From Gemmatimonadota bacterium (GTDB lineage: Bacteria; Gemmatimonadota; Gemmatimonadetes; Palauibacterales; Palauibacteraceae), in the NCBI GenBank assembly GCA_039587445.1, contig JBDHIM010000019.1, positions 1,728-65,727 of the forward strand: 64,000 nt of DNA, read 5' to 3'. The notes beneath the pieces were generated by a model. It ran no database searches, had not been told where the DNA came from, and saw only the letters and a list, made by a program, of their open reading frames with translations. The translations under genes and the position numbers were made by a program. Below, one piece after another: positions 28,636 to 37,379 of this stretch (position 1 is the first letter of the stretch; each line of letters begins with the position of its first letter).

Positions 28636-28890
28636 TCACGGAACGATCTGGCGACCATTTCCGTCCAGCACCCGAATCGCGTCGACCGGACAGGCAGCGC
28701 AGGCACCGAGAAGATTCGTCGCATCTACCGATTCCGGCGCGTCGAAGGTCGCGATCCCCTCGTCGTCGAGTCGAAACGCCCTGGGGCCTTCGGTGACGCA
28801 GTCCTCGAAGCCCACGCAGATCCTCCGGTCGATGCAAACGAGGTAACCGTGTAGCGTCCGCCGCTCCTCCGCGATCTCCTCCCCGGTCAC
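28636..28890 (-). CDS. small single-cluster ferredoxin
   Basis: 84 aa from GTG 28890 (GGAGGG 10 nt upstream, 2 nt after the preceding stop). Cys pattern CIDRRICVGFEDC ... CAACP; ferredoxin-like V-x-x-GPRAF segment. Confidence 0.7.
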   Translation of the reverse strand: MTGEEIAEERRTLHGYLVCIDRRICVGFEDCVTEGPRAFRLDDEGIATFDAPESVDATNLLGACAACPVDAIRVLDGNGRQIVP

Positions 28891-28892
28891 GC

Positions 28893-29372
28893 CTACATGC
28901 CCTCCAGGCCGAGATCCGTGCGCGCCCGGTCCATGGTCTCGGGAGTGATCTCGTTGATTCCGTGCTCCTTCGCGTAATCGGTGTAGATGCGCTTCACCAT
29001 TCCGCGCACGAAGGAAGGAACGGCTTCGAGACGCCGCGTGGCCGCCTCGCTCCACTCTACCGGCGAGGTCCCGAGCGAGGTCCCGGGCGATGTCTCGGTC
29101 CCGGGGGAAGTCACCGCCGGCTCCGCGAAGGCCTCGTCGCGCCCGCCGTCGATAGAGCTGCGCACCAGCTCCAGCGGCTGCTCCGGCACCTCCCGTCCCC
29201 CGATCTTGATGCCGAGTGACGACACGACCTGCGTCTCCATCGGATTCGTGAGCATAGCCACCTCGCGGCCGCAGGCGGGGCAGCGGAAGACGGCCGCCAG
29301 GGTGCCGTCACCGGGAAGCTGTCGCTCTCCGAAGCTCATCTGTTCGTCGCAATCGATGCAGAGGAACTTCAC
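28893..29372 (-). CDS. Zn-ribbon protein with a C-terminal PCP_red domain
   Basis: N-terminal CxxC...CxxC (CIDC ... CPAC). C-terminal WSEAATRRLEAVPSFVRGMVKRIYTDYAKEHGINEITPETM. GTG 29372 overlaps the mrp stop (GTGA); TTG 29387 is an alternative start. Confidence 0.65.
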   Translation of the reverse strand: MKFLCIDCDEQMSFGERQLPGDGTLAAVFRCPACGREVAMLTNPMETQVVSSLGIKIGGREVPEQPLELVRSSIDGGRDEAFAEPAVTSPGTETSPGTSLGTSPVEWSEAATRRLEAVPSFVRGMVKRIYTDYAKEHGINEITPETMDRARTDLGLEGM

Positions 29373-30250
29373 GGCGCACCGTCCCAATCCAGCCGCTCGG
29401 CGAGGGCGACGATCTCCCGGCCGGCGCGGGACGCCAGCACCCCGTTCATGTCGCCTCGCTCGGCGCAGATCGCGGCTTCGGCGTCGAACGGAATGCGAGC
29501 GAGCAGCGGGAGATCCAGCTCTCGGGCCAGTTCCTCGCCGGCATCACCAGGATGCAGCGGGCCGACCGCACCGCAGCCCTCGCACGCATAGCCGGACATG
29601 TTCTCCACGATCCCGGCGATGGGCAGACCACGATCGCCGGCGGCCTGCAAGGAGCGAGCAACCGCCGCCTTGGAGGCCGATGTCGGGATCGTCACGCCGA
29701 TGACTCGGCTGCGCTGTGGGACGAGCTCGGCCAGCTCCGCGAGGCGCTGGGTGCCCGGAGGAAGGTCGACGACCAGCACGTCCAGCTCACCCCACACCAC
29801 GTCCGAGAGGAACTCCCGAAAAGCTCCTCTCTCGAGCGACCCGAGCCACAGGGAGCCATCCGCGGCCGGCCCCCGCCAGCGGAGAGGCTCCCCGTCTTCC
29901 AACAGCAGGTCCGTGGAGAACACCCTCAATCCGGCAGAATCGACCGGTGGAACGACGCCGTCATCCGTGACGGAGAGCGAACGACGAGGGAGCCCGAGCA
30001 GCGACGGCGCCGTGGGGCCGTTGAGATCCGCATCCAGCAATCCCGCCGAGCTTCTACCGCGAGCAAGGGCCGAGGCGAGCGTCGCCGACACGAAGCTCTT
30101 GCCCACCCCACCCTTCCCGCTCGCTACGCCGAGGACCGTCGTCACAACCCTCATGCGGCTGTCCACGCGGCGACGCTGATGGGCGAGCTGGTCGCCGAGA
30201 CCGGAGCGGTCCGGGCCCTCGAGATCGGCGTAGGTGCGGATCTTCCTCAC
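29369..30250 (-). CDS. apbC: Mrp/NBP35/ApbC-family Fe-S cluster carrier ATPase
   Basis: Deviant Walker A GKGGVGKS; CEGC cluster-bridging motif; 293 aa. Confidence 0.9.
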   Translation of the reverse strand: MRKIRTYADLEGPDRSGLGDQLAHQRRRVDSRMRVVTTVLGVASGKGGVGKSFVSATLASALARGRSSAGLLDADLNGPTAPSLLGLPRRSLSVTDDGVVPPVDSAGLRVFSTDLLLEDGEPLRWRGPAADGSLWLGSLERGAFREFLSDVVWGELDVLVVDLPPGTQRLAELAELVPQRSRVIGVTIPTSASKAAVARSLQAAGDRGLPIAGIVENMSGYACEGCGAVGPLHPGDAGEELARELDLPLLARIPFDAEAAICAERGDMNGVLASRAGREIVALAERLDWDGAP

Positions 30251-30260
30251 GTCCGTACGG

Positions 30261-30641
30261 TCAGAGGTCCCAGGCTGCTCGCGCCAGCATCCACAGGTTG
30301 ATGAGGACGACGACCAGCGCCGTGACGTAGAAGGCAGGCGGAAGAACGCCGGGATCGCGCAGGAAGGCGGCGTTGATCAGGGCGGGCAGGCGGAGAGCGT
30401 GCAACGCCCAGATCGCTCGCGCAAACCAAGCGTTCTGCCAACGCCACAGTCCCCAGAAGACCACGGCCAGGATCGCGGCACCGATCAGGAGCCACAACCA
30501 CCCGGGACCGCGAGCGCCCGGCAGCATGCCCGCCCGCCAGAGCGTCCAGACGGCTGCCTCGTAGAGCAGCCCGACGTGAAGGTATACGAAAGCGGCCTGT
30601 CGGAACTTCGCGGCGCGCTCTGGAGCGTGAATCGGGGACAT
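30261..30641 (-). CDS. 4-TM membrane protein, unknown function (first gene of the mrp-radical SAM operon)
   Basis: 126-aa hydrophobic ORF ending 10 nt before the mrp start. Confidence 0.55.
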   Translation of the reverse strand: MSPIHAPERAAKFRQAAFVYLHVGLLYEAAVWTLWRAGMLPGARGPGWLWLLIGAAILAVVFWGLWRWQNAWFARAIWALHALRLPALINAAFLRDPGVLPPAFYVTALVVVLINLWMLARAAWDL

Positions 30642-30759
30642 TCTTCAAGCTTCAGCCGGGCTGGGCGACCCCGCAACCGCTACCGCCGGGGTGGACGTCG
30701 GCGTGGCCGCTCGCGCCATCGTGTACACGTCTGTGGGCAGCCCATATCTTGGAGGTGAC

Positions 30760-30960
30760 ATGTCGCTCATCGGATTCCACAAGCTGCTCATCGCCACGGC
30801 GATCCTTTTCTGCGCTCTCTTCGCGATCTGGCAGGGGATCATCTTCACGAGAACGGGCGCCGCCTTGAACGTCGCGCTGGCGGCCGCATTCGCCTTCGCC
30901 GCGGCGGGACTCACCTACTACCTGGCGAACCTGCAACGCTTCTTGAAGAGGGGTTCCTGA
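30760..30960 (+). CDS. small 2-TM membrane protein
   Basis: ATG 30760 directly after GGAGGTGAC; MSLIGFHKLLIATAILFCALFAIW...; 66 aa. Confidence 0.5.
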   Translation: MSLIGFHKLLIATAILFCALFAIWQGIIFTRTGAALNVALAAAFAFAAAGLTYYLANLQRFLKRGS

Positions 30961-30967
30961 GCCGCGA

Positions 30968-31903
30968 TCAGGCGCCGGCTCCGTGAGCCCCACTCACCAG
31001 CAGTTCATCCGCCCCGCGGGCCCGTAGCTCCGCCGCCAGGAGCCGGCCGAGGCCGACCGCATCGCCAACGGGGCCTCTCGTGGAGGCCCGAATCGCCTGG
31101 CTACCGTCCTCCGACAGCACCGCGGCATGCAAGGTGAGGTCTCCTCCCTTCCGCACCGCCAAAGCGCCGATCGGAACCTGACATCCGCCGCCGAGAGCGG
31201 CCAAGACCGAACGCTCGCAGTCCGTCTCGGCACGCGCGCGCTGATCCTCGATCGCATCCAACAGGCCATGCACGCGCTCGTCGTCCGCCCTGCCCTCGAT
31301 CCCTAGCGCTCCCTGGCCCGGTGCGGGCAGCCACGCCGGCACCTCGAGGGACCGCATCGTGGCCGAGAGCCTCCCGAGGCGCTTCAGGCCAGCCGCGGCG
31401 AGGAGCAGCGCGTCATACTCGTCGCGCTCGAGCTTGGCCAGCCTCGTCTCGACGTTCCCTCGCACGTCGAGGGGCCGGCATTCGGGTCTGGCATTGAGCA
31501 GCAGGGCTCGGCGGCGCAGCGAGGAGGTTCCGACGCGGGCCCCATCCTTCAGCTCGGAAAGCCGGACTCCTTCCCTGGAAACGAGAACATCGGCCGGATC
31601 TTCCCGCTGTGGAACGGCGAGCAGGGCCAGGCCGGGCGGCAGAGCGGTGGGCAGGTCTTTCAGCGAATGCACGGCGACGTCGAGCGCGCCGTCGAGGATC
31701 GCGGCTTCGAGCTCGGCCGTGAACAGGCCCTTGCCGCCGATAGCCGGAAGGGGAACGTCACGCTTCCGGTCCCCCTCGGTGTCCATCCAGACATTGCGCA
31801 CCTGGAGCTCGGGCCATGCGGCGCTCAAGAGCCTCGCTACCCATTCCGCTTGCGAGCGCGCAAGCGCCGATTTCCGGGAGCCTATCAGAAGGGTCTCAGG
31901 CAT
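30968..31903 (-). CDS. hemC: hydroxymethylbilane synthase (porphobilinogen deaminase)
   Basis: LLIGSRKSALARSQAEWV N-terminus and full-length HemC pattern. ATG 31903 preferred; GTG 31921 possible. Confidence 0.92.
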   Translation of the reverse strand: MPETLLIGSRKSALARSQAEWVARLLSAAWPELQVRNVWMDTEGDRKRDVPLPAIGGKGLFTAELEAAILDGALDVAVHSLKDLPTALPPGLALLAVPQREDPADVLVSREGVRLSELKDGARVGTSSLRRRALLLNARPECRPLDVRGNVETRLAKLERDEYDALLLAAAGLKRLGRLSATMRSLEVPAWLPAPGQGALGIEGRADDERVHGLLDAIEDQRARAETDCERSVLAALGGGCQVPIGALAVRKGGDLTLHAAVLSEDGSQAIRASTRGPVGDAVGLGRLLAAELRARGADELLVSGAHGAGA

Positions 31904-31957
31904 CGTCCCGCCGACGGCCACTCGCTCCGTGCTGCGACTCGGTGGATGCGCGAAAGC

Positions 31958-33490
31958 TCAATGACCCAATGGCTCGCGATCCATGGACGTGTCGCCGGGA
32001 TCGATCGTGGCCAGGGCTTGCGCCTCGGCCGGCGCCGGCAGCCCGACGCCCCCGGTCGTCTCTCCATCCGATTCGTCGCCGCCAATCTGAAGCATCTGCT
32101 TAAGGATCGGCGGCACCAGGAAGGTCGAGAGTATGACCATGATGAGGACGGCGCTGTAGACGGCGTTTGAGAGGATCCCCTCCCGCAGACCTATGGCGGC
32201 GAAGATCAGCCCCACTTCGCCGCGGGGGACCATGCCGACACCGATCGCGGCCCGGTTGATTCCGGGCGTCCTGACCGCGAAGCCGGCCAGGACCTTTCCG
32301 ATGATGGCGATCACCGTGAGGATGAGCCCGACCGTCAGCACCCGGCCGCTGAAATCGTCGCTCCCTGGGACGAAGAGCCGCACGTTCACGGGCGCCCCGA
32401 CGACGACGAAGAAGATCGGCGTGAAGACGTCGGCCACCGGCTCGATCCGCTCGACCACGGCGTCGAACTGATTGGTAGAGGAGAGGATAATGCCGGCTGC
32501 GAAGGCGCCGATGATCATCGCAGAGCCCGAGAGGTCGGCCAGCGCCGCCAGGAGGAGTGCGAAGCAGACGGCCGTCACGAGGAGAACGCCTCGCACTCTC
32601 ATCCGGTCCACGATGTTGAACAGGTACGGCGCCGCCCGGTTGCCTATGACGACGGCCAGCACGAGAAAGCCGACGGCGAAGGCGAAGATCTTGCCGACCG
32701 CCAGCACACCGACCGCCATCCCACCTGCCAAGCCGGCGACGACGGCCAGGATCACGATGCCCAGCACATCGTCGATCACCGCGGCTCCGATGATGATGCG
32801 AGCCTCGGCGGTGTGCATCTTCCCGAGATCGGAGAGCACGCGGGCCGTGATTCCCACCGAGGTCGCCGTCAGGGTGGCGCCCACGAAGATCGCCACGACC
32901 CAGAAGTCGATGCCTTCGGGCTGAATCCCGATCGACGGGTTGGAGGTGTACCAGTATAGGAAGCCGAGACCGAACGGGAGCACGACGCCCACCAACGCCA
33001 CCGCGGCCGCTTCCTTCCCGACCCGGAACATCTCCTTCAGATCGGTTTCCAGACCGATCTCGAACAGGAGGATGGAGACGCCGATCTCGGCGAAGACGTG
33101 GATGACCTCACCCATCTGGGTGTCACTCGCCGGGATGACCCCCAGCACGCTGCCCCCGAGGATCACGCCGGCGAGGAGCTCTCCCAGCACGGCCGGCTGT
33201 CCGATTCGCTCGGCCGCTTCACCAAAGAGCTTCCCGACCAGAAGGATGGCAATCAGGATCAGGAAGACGTGCGAGATCTCCAGTCCGTGCCCGTCCTCGG
33301 CTTCCTCGACGGAGGCCTCGCCATGGCCGGATTCCTGGACGGATGTGGACGCGGAGGCCGTAACCTCCGGGGCCTCCGGCGGATCCGCGAACAGGCGACC
33401 GGGAAGCTCCCACGCGGCGGAGCCAAAGACGATCCACACTCCCGCCAAGACGGCCGCCGGCCGGCGGATCCGGCGCCACGCCTCGGTCAC
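31958..33490 (-). CDS. cation:proton antiporter (CPA2/Kef-type Na+/H+ exchanger family)
   Basis: 510 aa and about 12 TM segments; Na_H_exchanger-type sequence (GQPAVLGELLAGVILG). Confidence 0.88.
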   Translation of the reverse strand: MTEAWRRIRRPAAVLAGVWIVFGSAAWELPGRLFADPPEAPEVTASASTSVQESGHGEASVEEAEDGHGLEISHVFLILIAILLVGKLFGEAAERIGQPAVLGELLAGVILGGSVLGVIPASDTQMGEVIHVFAEIGVSILLFEIGLETDLKEMFRVGKEAAAVALVGVVLPFGLGFLYWYTSNPSIGIQPEGIDFWVVAIFVGATLTATSVGITARVLSDLGKMHTAEARIIIGAAVIDDVLGIVILAVVAGLAGGMAVGVLAVGKIFAFAVGFLVLAVVIGNRAAPYLFNIVDRMRVRGVLLVTAVCFALLLAALADLSGSAMIIGAFAAGIILSSTNQFDAVVERIEPVADVFTPIFFVVVGAPVNVRLFVPGSDDFSGRVLTVGLILTVIAIIGKVLAGFAVRTPGINRAAIGVGMVPRGEVGLIFAAIGLREGILSNAVYSAVLIMVILSTFLVPPILKQMLQIGGDESDGETTGGVGLPAPAEAQALATIDPGDTSMDREPLGH

Positions 33491-33864
33491 GACGTCTCGG
33501 CCTCGACGGAGCGCGGGATGATCTTCTGCCAGTTCAGGATTCGAAGAGTGTCGGCGTACTCCACGGTCAGCCGAAACCTCCGCGCGCCTCCTGGCGCGGG
33601 GCCCACCTCGAATCTCTCCGCGCCGGGAGGCAGTCCGAGCTCTCTGATGACAGGGGCGAGTTTCTCTCTCGTCTCGGCCCTGTCATCGACGTTCAGCTGT
33701 TTCGCCTCTTCCTGGATGCGCTCCGACACCGACCGGTATCTCATCTCGGCTCGGATAAACACACTGGCGACATAGCCGGCCGCCACGATAAGGGCGAGGC
33801 CAAGAAGGCAGCCGAATCGGCCACCTCCCGGCGACCTGCGGCGCTGCTCCGGCCCAACTACCAA
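33487..33864 (-). CDS. hypothetical single-TM protein
   Basis: 125-aa ORF with 4-nt overlaps to both neighbours; one TM (CLLGLALIVAAGYVASVFI). Confidence 0.5.
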   Translation of the reverse strand: MVVGPEQRRRSPGGGRFGCLLGLALIVAAGYVASVFIRAEMRYRSVSERIQEEAKQLNVDDRAETREKLAPVIRELGLPPGAERFEVGPAPGGARRFRLTVEYADTLRILNWQKIIPRSVEAETS

Positions 33865-34373
33865 TCCGACTGCGCTCCGTCCACGATCTTCTGGGTCAGA
33901 TTGTCCAGCGCGATCACCTCTCCGACCTCTTCCTGCTCGTTCTCCGGCTCGTACTCGCCGACGCCGGTCACGGAGCGGGAGGTCCAGTACATCTCCTCGA
34001 GCGCCGTGTCGAAGATCTCCACTTCAGCCGTAATCGTGATGCGGCGCTGGAAGACCTGTGTCGTCTCCCCCTCCTGGGCGTCGAAGTTGAGAGCGACGTC
34101 GGAGTACCGGGTGATCCGGGCAGTTACGATGAGGTCCGCCTCGCCCTCCGCGGCCAGCTGGAGCCCCAGCTTGCTCCGAACGGCATCCAGGAGGGACTGC
34201 GTCATCCTCTCGGTAAGCGTGAAGCGGGGCGTGTCGTTCTGCACCGGCGGCACGAAGGCCGTGTTCATGTGGGAGGGCAGCCCACCGCCCCCGGAGAAGC
34301 CGTAGCACCCGCCGCTGGCGAGAGCCGCGACCAGGCTACATGCGATGAGGAAGTTCGTAGATCTCGGCAGCAT
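33858..34373 (-). CDS. LptE-like LPS-assembly lipoprotein
   Basis: Lipobox ASGGC; size and pattern (FVPPVQNDT ... LIVTARITRY) resemble LptE/RlpB. Confidence 0.6.
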   Translation of the reverse strand: MLPRSTNFLIACSLVAALASGGCYGFSGGGGLPSHMNTAFVPPVQNDTPRFTLTERMTQSLLDAVRSKLGLQLAAEGEADLIVTARITRYSDVALNFDAQEGETTQVFQRRITITAEVEIFDTALEEMYWTSRSVTGVGEYEPENEQEEVGEVIALDNLTQKIVDGAQSDW

Positions 34374-35013
34374 GTCTGGTCAGCACCTCGGTCGCCTCGG
34401 TCAGTTCCCAGCGGACGCGTCGTGATTCTACAAAATCGCGATACTCGGCGCTCCTTGGCCACACCCCGAGGCCATCCCACGAGACTTCGATCCGTTTCCG
34501 CACGCGTCCCGAGCGGCGCTCCTCGAGCCGCAGGACGCGAGAACCCTGCACGTGGGCGAAGAGAGAGTCGCTCCCGACCGGAAAGACCAGGACCTGCGAG
34601 CTGTCGGCGAGAAAGCCACGGCCGGGCGATGTCCCGCCGGGCCGGAAAATCCCCGCCATCGCGTAAAGGAAGACCGGGCCCGGCAGTCGCACCTCCTCGA
34701 TCTCGCCGAGGGTGGTCAGACCACTCGCCGTGAGCGAGACTCCCATCGAGGCATCTCCCGGCGCGAAGAGATCCAGTCTGAGAGAGTCGGTCGGGTTGTA
34801 TCGCGCCACCCCCTCGCCGCTCAACTGGCCGTGCTCGTCCGCGTACTGCCAATCGAAGCGCAGTCGGAAGGGTCCGGGAGGGCCGGTGGCCTCGCGCACG
34901 CGCGCAGCCACCATCTCGGGATCGGCGAGCGGTGGCCCGGTCTGTACCTGTTTGGAGCACCCGGCGATCGCCGCCAGGATCAGCGCGGCCGCCGACGCCC
35001 GCCGGCCGTTCAT
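34336..35013 (-). CDS. lipoprotein, LolB/DUF4292-like
   Basis: ATG 35013 overlaps the thioesterase stop (ATGA); lipobox IAGC; beta-rich 225 aa. Confidence 0.55.
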   Translation of the reverse strand: MNGRRASAAALILAAIAGCSKQVQTGPPLADPEMVAARVREATGPPGPFRLRFDWQYADEHGQLSGEGVARYNPTDSLRLDLFAPGDASMGVSLTASGLTTLGEIEEVRLPGPVFLYAMAGIFRPGGTSPGRGFLADSSQVLVFPVGSDSLFAHVQGSRVLRLEERRSGRVRKRIEVSWDGLGVWPRSAEYRDFVESRRVRWELTEATEVLTRHAAEIYELPHRM

Positions 35014-35465
35014 GGCGCAGTCGCCTGCAGAGCTTCGCGCACCTCCTGAGGGATCCTGCGCGTTCGGCCTTCGCCATCGATGCATGCGAGGTCGGTGTGA
35101 GCCCTGGCGAGCAGGCGCTCACCAGGACCGATGATCTCGTACGAAAACCTGACCGAGCGGCTCCGCGCCGCCTCTACTCTCGTCTCGATGCGCACCGTCT
35201 CCTCGTAGTACGCCGCGGCGCGATACTCAACCTCCAGACGCGTCACGGGCAGGAGCACCCCGTTTCGCTCCATTTCGGCGTAGGAAACGCCGCGCTCGCG
35301 CATCATCGACGTGCGGCCGAGCTCGCACCAGACGACATAGACTCCATGGTGGGCGCGACCCATCTGATCCGTCTCGGCGTAACGAACCGTCGCCTCAACG
35401 GAGTGCGGGGGTCCATCCACGCCCCGCGTTTCGCGCTCGGGTTCGCGCGATCTATCTTCCGGCAT
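35010..35465 (-). CDS. acyl-CoA thioesterase (4HBT/YbgC family)
   Basis: Hotdog-fold motif VRYAETDQMGRAHHGVY. Start uncertain: ATG 35465 or GTG 35420. Confidence 0.8.
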   Translation of the reverse strand: MPEDRSREPERETRGVDGPPHSVEATVRYAETDQMGRAHHGVYVVWCELGRTSMMRERGVSYAEMERNGVLLPVTRLEVEYRAAAYYEETVRIETRVEAARSRSVRFSYEIIGPGERLLARAHTDLACIDGEGRTRRIPQEVREALQATAP

Positions 35466-36216
35466 GACCACTTCCGGTACGACCGCTCGACCCACCATCG
35501 TCGTCTCCGACATTCACCTCGGCGAGATTCCGCCGGATGGCGAGCAAACGTTCCTCTCCTTCCTGGAGTCGATGCCCGGCGAGATCGACGAGCTGTTCAT
35601 CAACGGCGACCTGTTCGATTTCTGGTTCGAGTACCGCAGCGTGATCCTGCGTCGCTATTTCCCGGTCCTGCGCCGTCTCGCCGATCTGGTCGACGCGGGC
35701 GTGCGGGTACGTCTCGTCGGTGGGAACCACGACGCCTGGACGGGCAGCTTCCTCGGCGATGAGGTGGGGATCGAGTTGCTCGACGCTCCCGTCGCGACTT
35801 CGTTGGCGAACCGGTGCGCCTACGTGGCTCATGGCGACGGTCTGCTGGACGGCGAAGGCGCCTATCGGGCGTTTCGAGGACTTATCCGGAGTCGAGCGTT
35901 CCGCGCTCTCTTCCGGCTCGCGCCCCCGGATCTGTCGGTCCCGCTCGTGCGGCGGGTCAGCGGGACGCCGGCCCGGCTGGAAAACCAAGCCGTGGATGAT
36001 CACGAGCGGGCCGATCGCCTCGGCGAACATGCCCGAGCATTGCTCGCGAGCCGTCCTGAGATCGACCTCGTCGTCTTCGGGCACACCCACAGGCCCGAGT
36101 TGGTCGAGGTAGAGCCCGGACGGCACTATCTGAACGCCGGAGACTGGATCCACCATCGCAGCTACGCGCTGCTCACGGCCGATTCGATCGAGCTCAGGCA
36201 CTGGCACCCAGACTGA
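35464..36216 (+). CDS. lpxH: UDP-2,3-diacylglucosamine diphosphatase
   Basis: Metallophosphoesterase motifs VSDIHLG, INGDLFDFWFEY, GGNHD, GHTH. Confidence 0.85.
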   Translation: MTTSGTTARPTIVVSDIHLGEIPPDGEQTFLSFLESMPGEIDELFINGDLFDFWFEYRSVILRRYFPVLRRLADLVDAGVRVRLVGGNHDAWTGSFLGDEVGIELLDAPVATSLANRCAYVAHGDGLLDGEGAYRAFRGLIRSRAFRALFRLAPPDLSVPLVRRVSGTPARLENQAVDDHERADRLGEHARALLASRPEIDLVVFGHTHRPELVEVEPGRHYLNAGDWIHHRSYALLTADSIELRHWHPD

Positions 36217-37024
36217 CCCACTCAAGGCTGTCGACCGGCTCTCCCAGGAACCGCTTCGCCACCGCGCCGAACTGCCGGGCGTCATCCGTCACGAAGTAGC
36301 GGGCCGTGGCCGGGCGACCGGTCGGCTCCGCGGCGATCTCGAGCTCGGCCAGGGTGTTGGCGACAGCCGACGCCGTGGCCTCCGCGGAATCGATGAGCTC
36401 CACTCCCGCAGCGACTTCGGTGAGAAGCGGCTTGAGCAGCGGGTAGTGGGTGCAGCCGAGAACCAGCGTGTCGATCTCCTTTTTCAGCAGAGGCTCCAGG
36501 TACCGCTCCGCCGTGAGGCGCGCCACGTCGCCCTGTGTCCATCCTTCCTCGGCCAGGGCGACGAAGAGGGGACACGGCACGCTCAGGACGGTCGCCTCCG
36601 GACGCAGATCCCGGATCACCCGCTCGTAGATGCCGCTCTCGATCGTGCCCTGCGTGCCGATGACCCCGATCCTGCCGTCGCGGGATCTCCGGACCGCCTC
36701 CGTCGCGCCCGGCTCGATGACGCCCACCACCGGAACCGGCACGCGCGAAGCCACATCGTCCGCCGCACGCGCGGTCGCGGTATTGCACGCGATCACGAGG
36801 AGCTTCACGTCCCTGGTGAGCAGAAAACCGGCGGCTTCGCTGGTGTACCGCCGGACCGTAGCCGGAGATTTCGGCCCGTAGGGGACGCGCGCGGTGTCCC
36901 CGAGGTAGAGAATCGACTCGAACGGAAGTCGCTCACGCAGGGCATGCACCACCGTCAGCCCTCCGACGCCCGAGTCGAAGACGCCGATCGGCGCGTGCGG
37001 AGGCAACTCCGGGGGACGGTTCAT
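36194..37024 (-). CDS. murI: glutamate racemase
   Basis: IGVFDSGVGGLTV and the CNTA / GCTHYPLL catalytic Cys motifs. Confidence 0.93.
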   Translation of the reverse strand: MNRPPELPPHAPIGVFDSGVGGLTVVHALRERLPFESILYLGDTARVPYGPKSPATVRRYTSEAAGFLLTRDVKLLVIACNTATARAADDVASRVPVPVVGVIEPGATEAVRRSRDGRIGVIGTQGTIESGIYERVIRDLRPEATVLSVPCPLFVALAEEGWTQGDVARLTAERYLEPLLKKEIDTLVLGCTHYPLLKPLLTEVAAGVELIDSAEATASAVANTLAELEIAAEPTGRPATARYFVTDDARQFGAVAKRFLGEPVDSLEWVSLGASA

Positions 37025-37043
37025 CCCGACCTACCCATGCGTG

Positions 37044-37379
37044 TCAGAACAGCTTCACGGGATAGCTGAACTCGACGCCGGGAGATCCGTCCTGCGGCGG
37101 ACGGACCTCGCCTTCGAAACCGGTGAACTGTGCCGATACCCAGGCGTCCACGCCGCTGAGCAACGCCCAGAGGCCTGTGAACAGGATCCAATCCTCCCGG
37201 GCCTGGCTTCGGCTGTCGATCAGCTCCTCGTCTTCCGCGCGCTTGGCCGCGTTCAGCTCTGAGTTAGCCTTCAGGATCATGAAAACGCCGCCGGACCATA
37301 CCGTGAAGTAGATGGCACCTCGCGCCGGCTGACGCGCGGCGGTCTGACCCCAGCCCGGAAGAATGACCGAGCGGAGCAT
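37044..37379 (-). CDS. DUF5683-like membrane protein (minimum extent; the ORF continues upstream without a canonical start)
   Basis: SVILPGWGQTAARQPARGAIYF pattern. First ATG at 37379. The in-frame, high-GC3, signal-peptide-like sequence extends up to the tRNA-Sec 3' end. Confidence 0.5.
   Translation of the reverse strand: MLRSVILPGWGQTAARQPARGAIYFTVWSGGVFMILKANSELNAAKRAEDEELIDSRSQAREDWILFTGLWALLSGVDAWVSAQFTGFEGEVRPPQDGSPGVEFSYPVKLF

Noticed and set aside
29060-29110. Short tandem-like repeat encoding SPGTETSPGTSLGTSP in the Zn-ribbon/PCP_red protein.
   Set aside because: Only 2-3 imperfect copies of a 15-18-nt unit inside a coding linker. This is a low-complexity interdomain linker, not a repeat element or CRISPR-like array.
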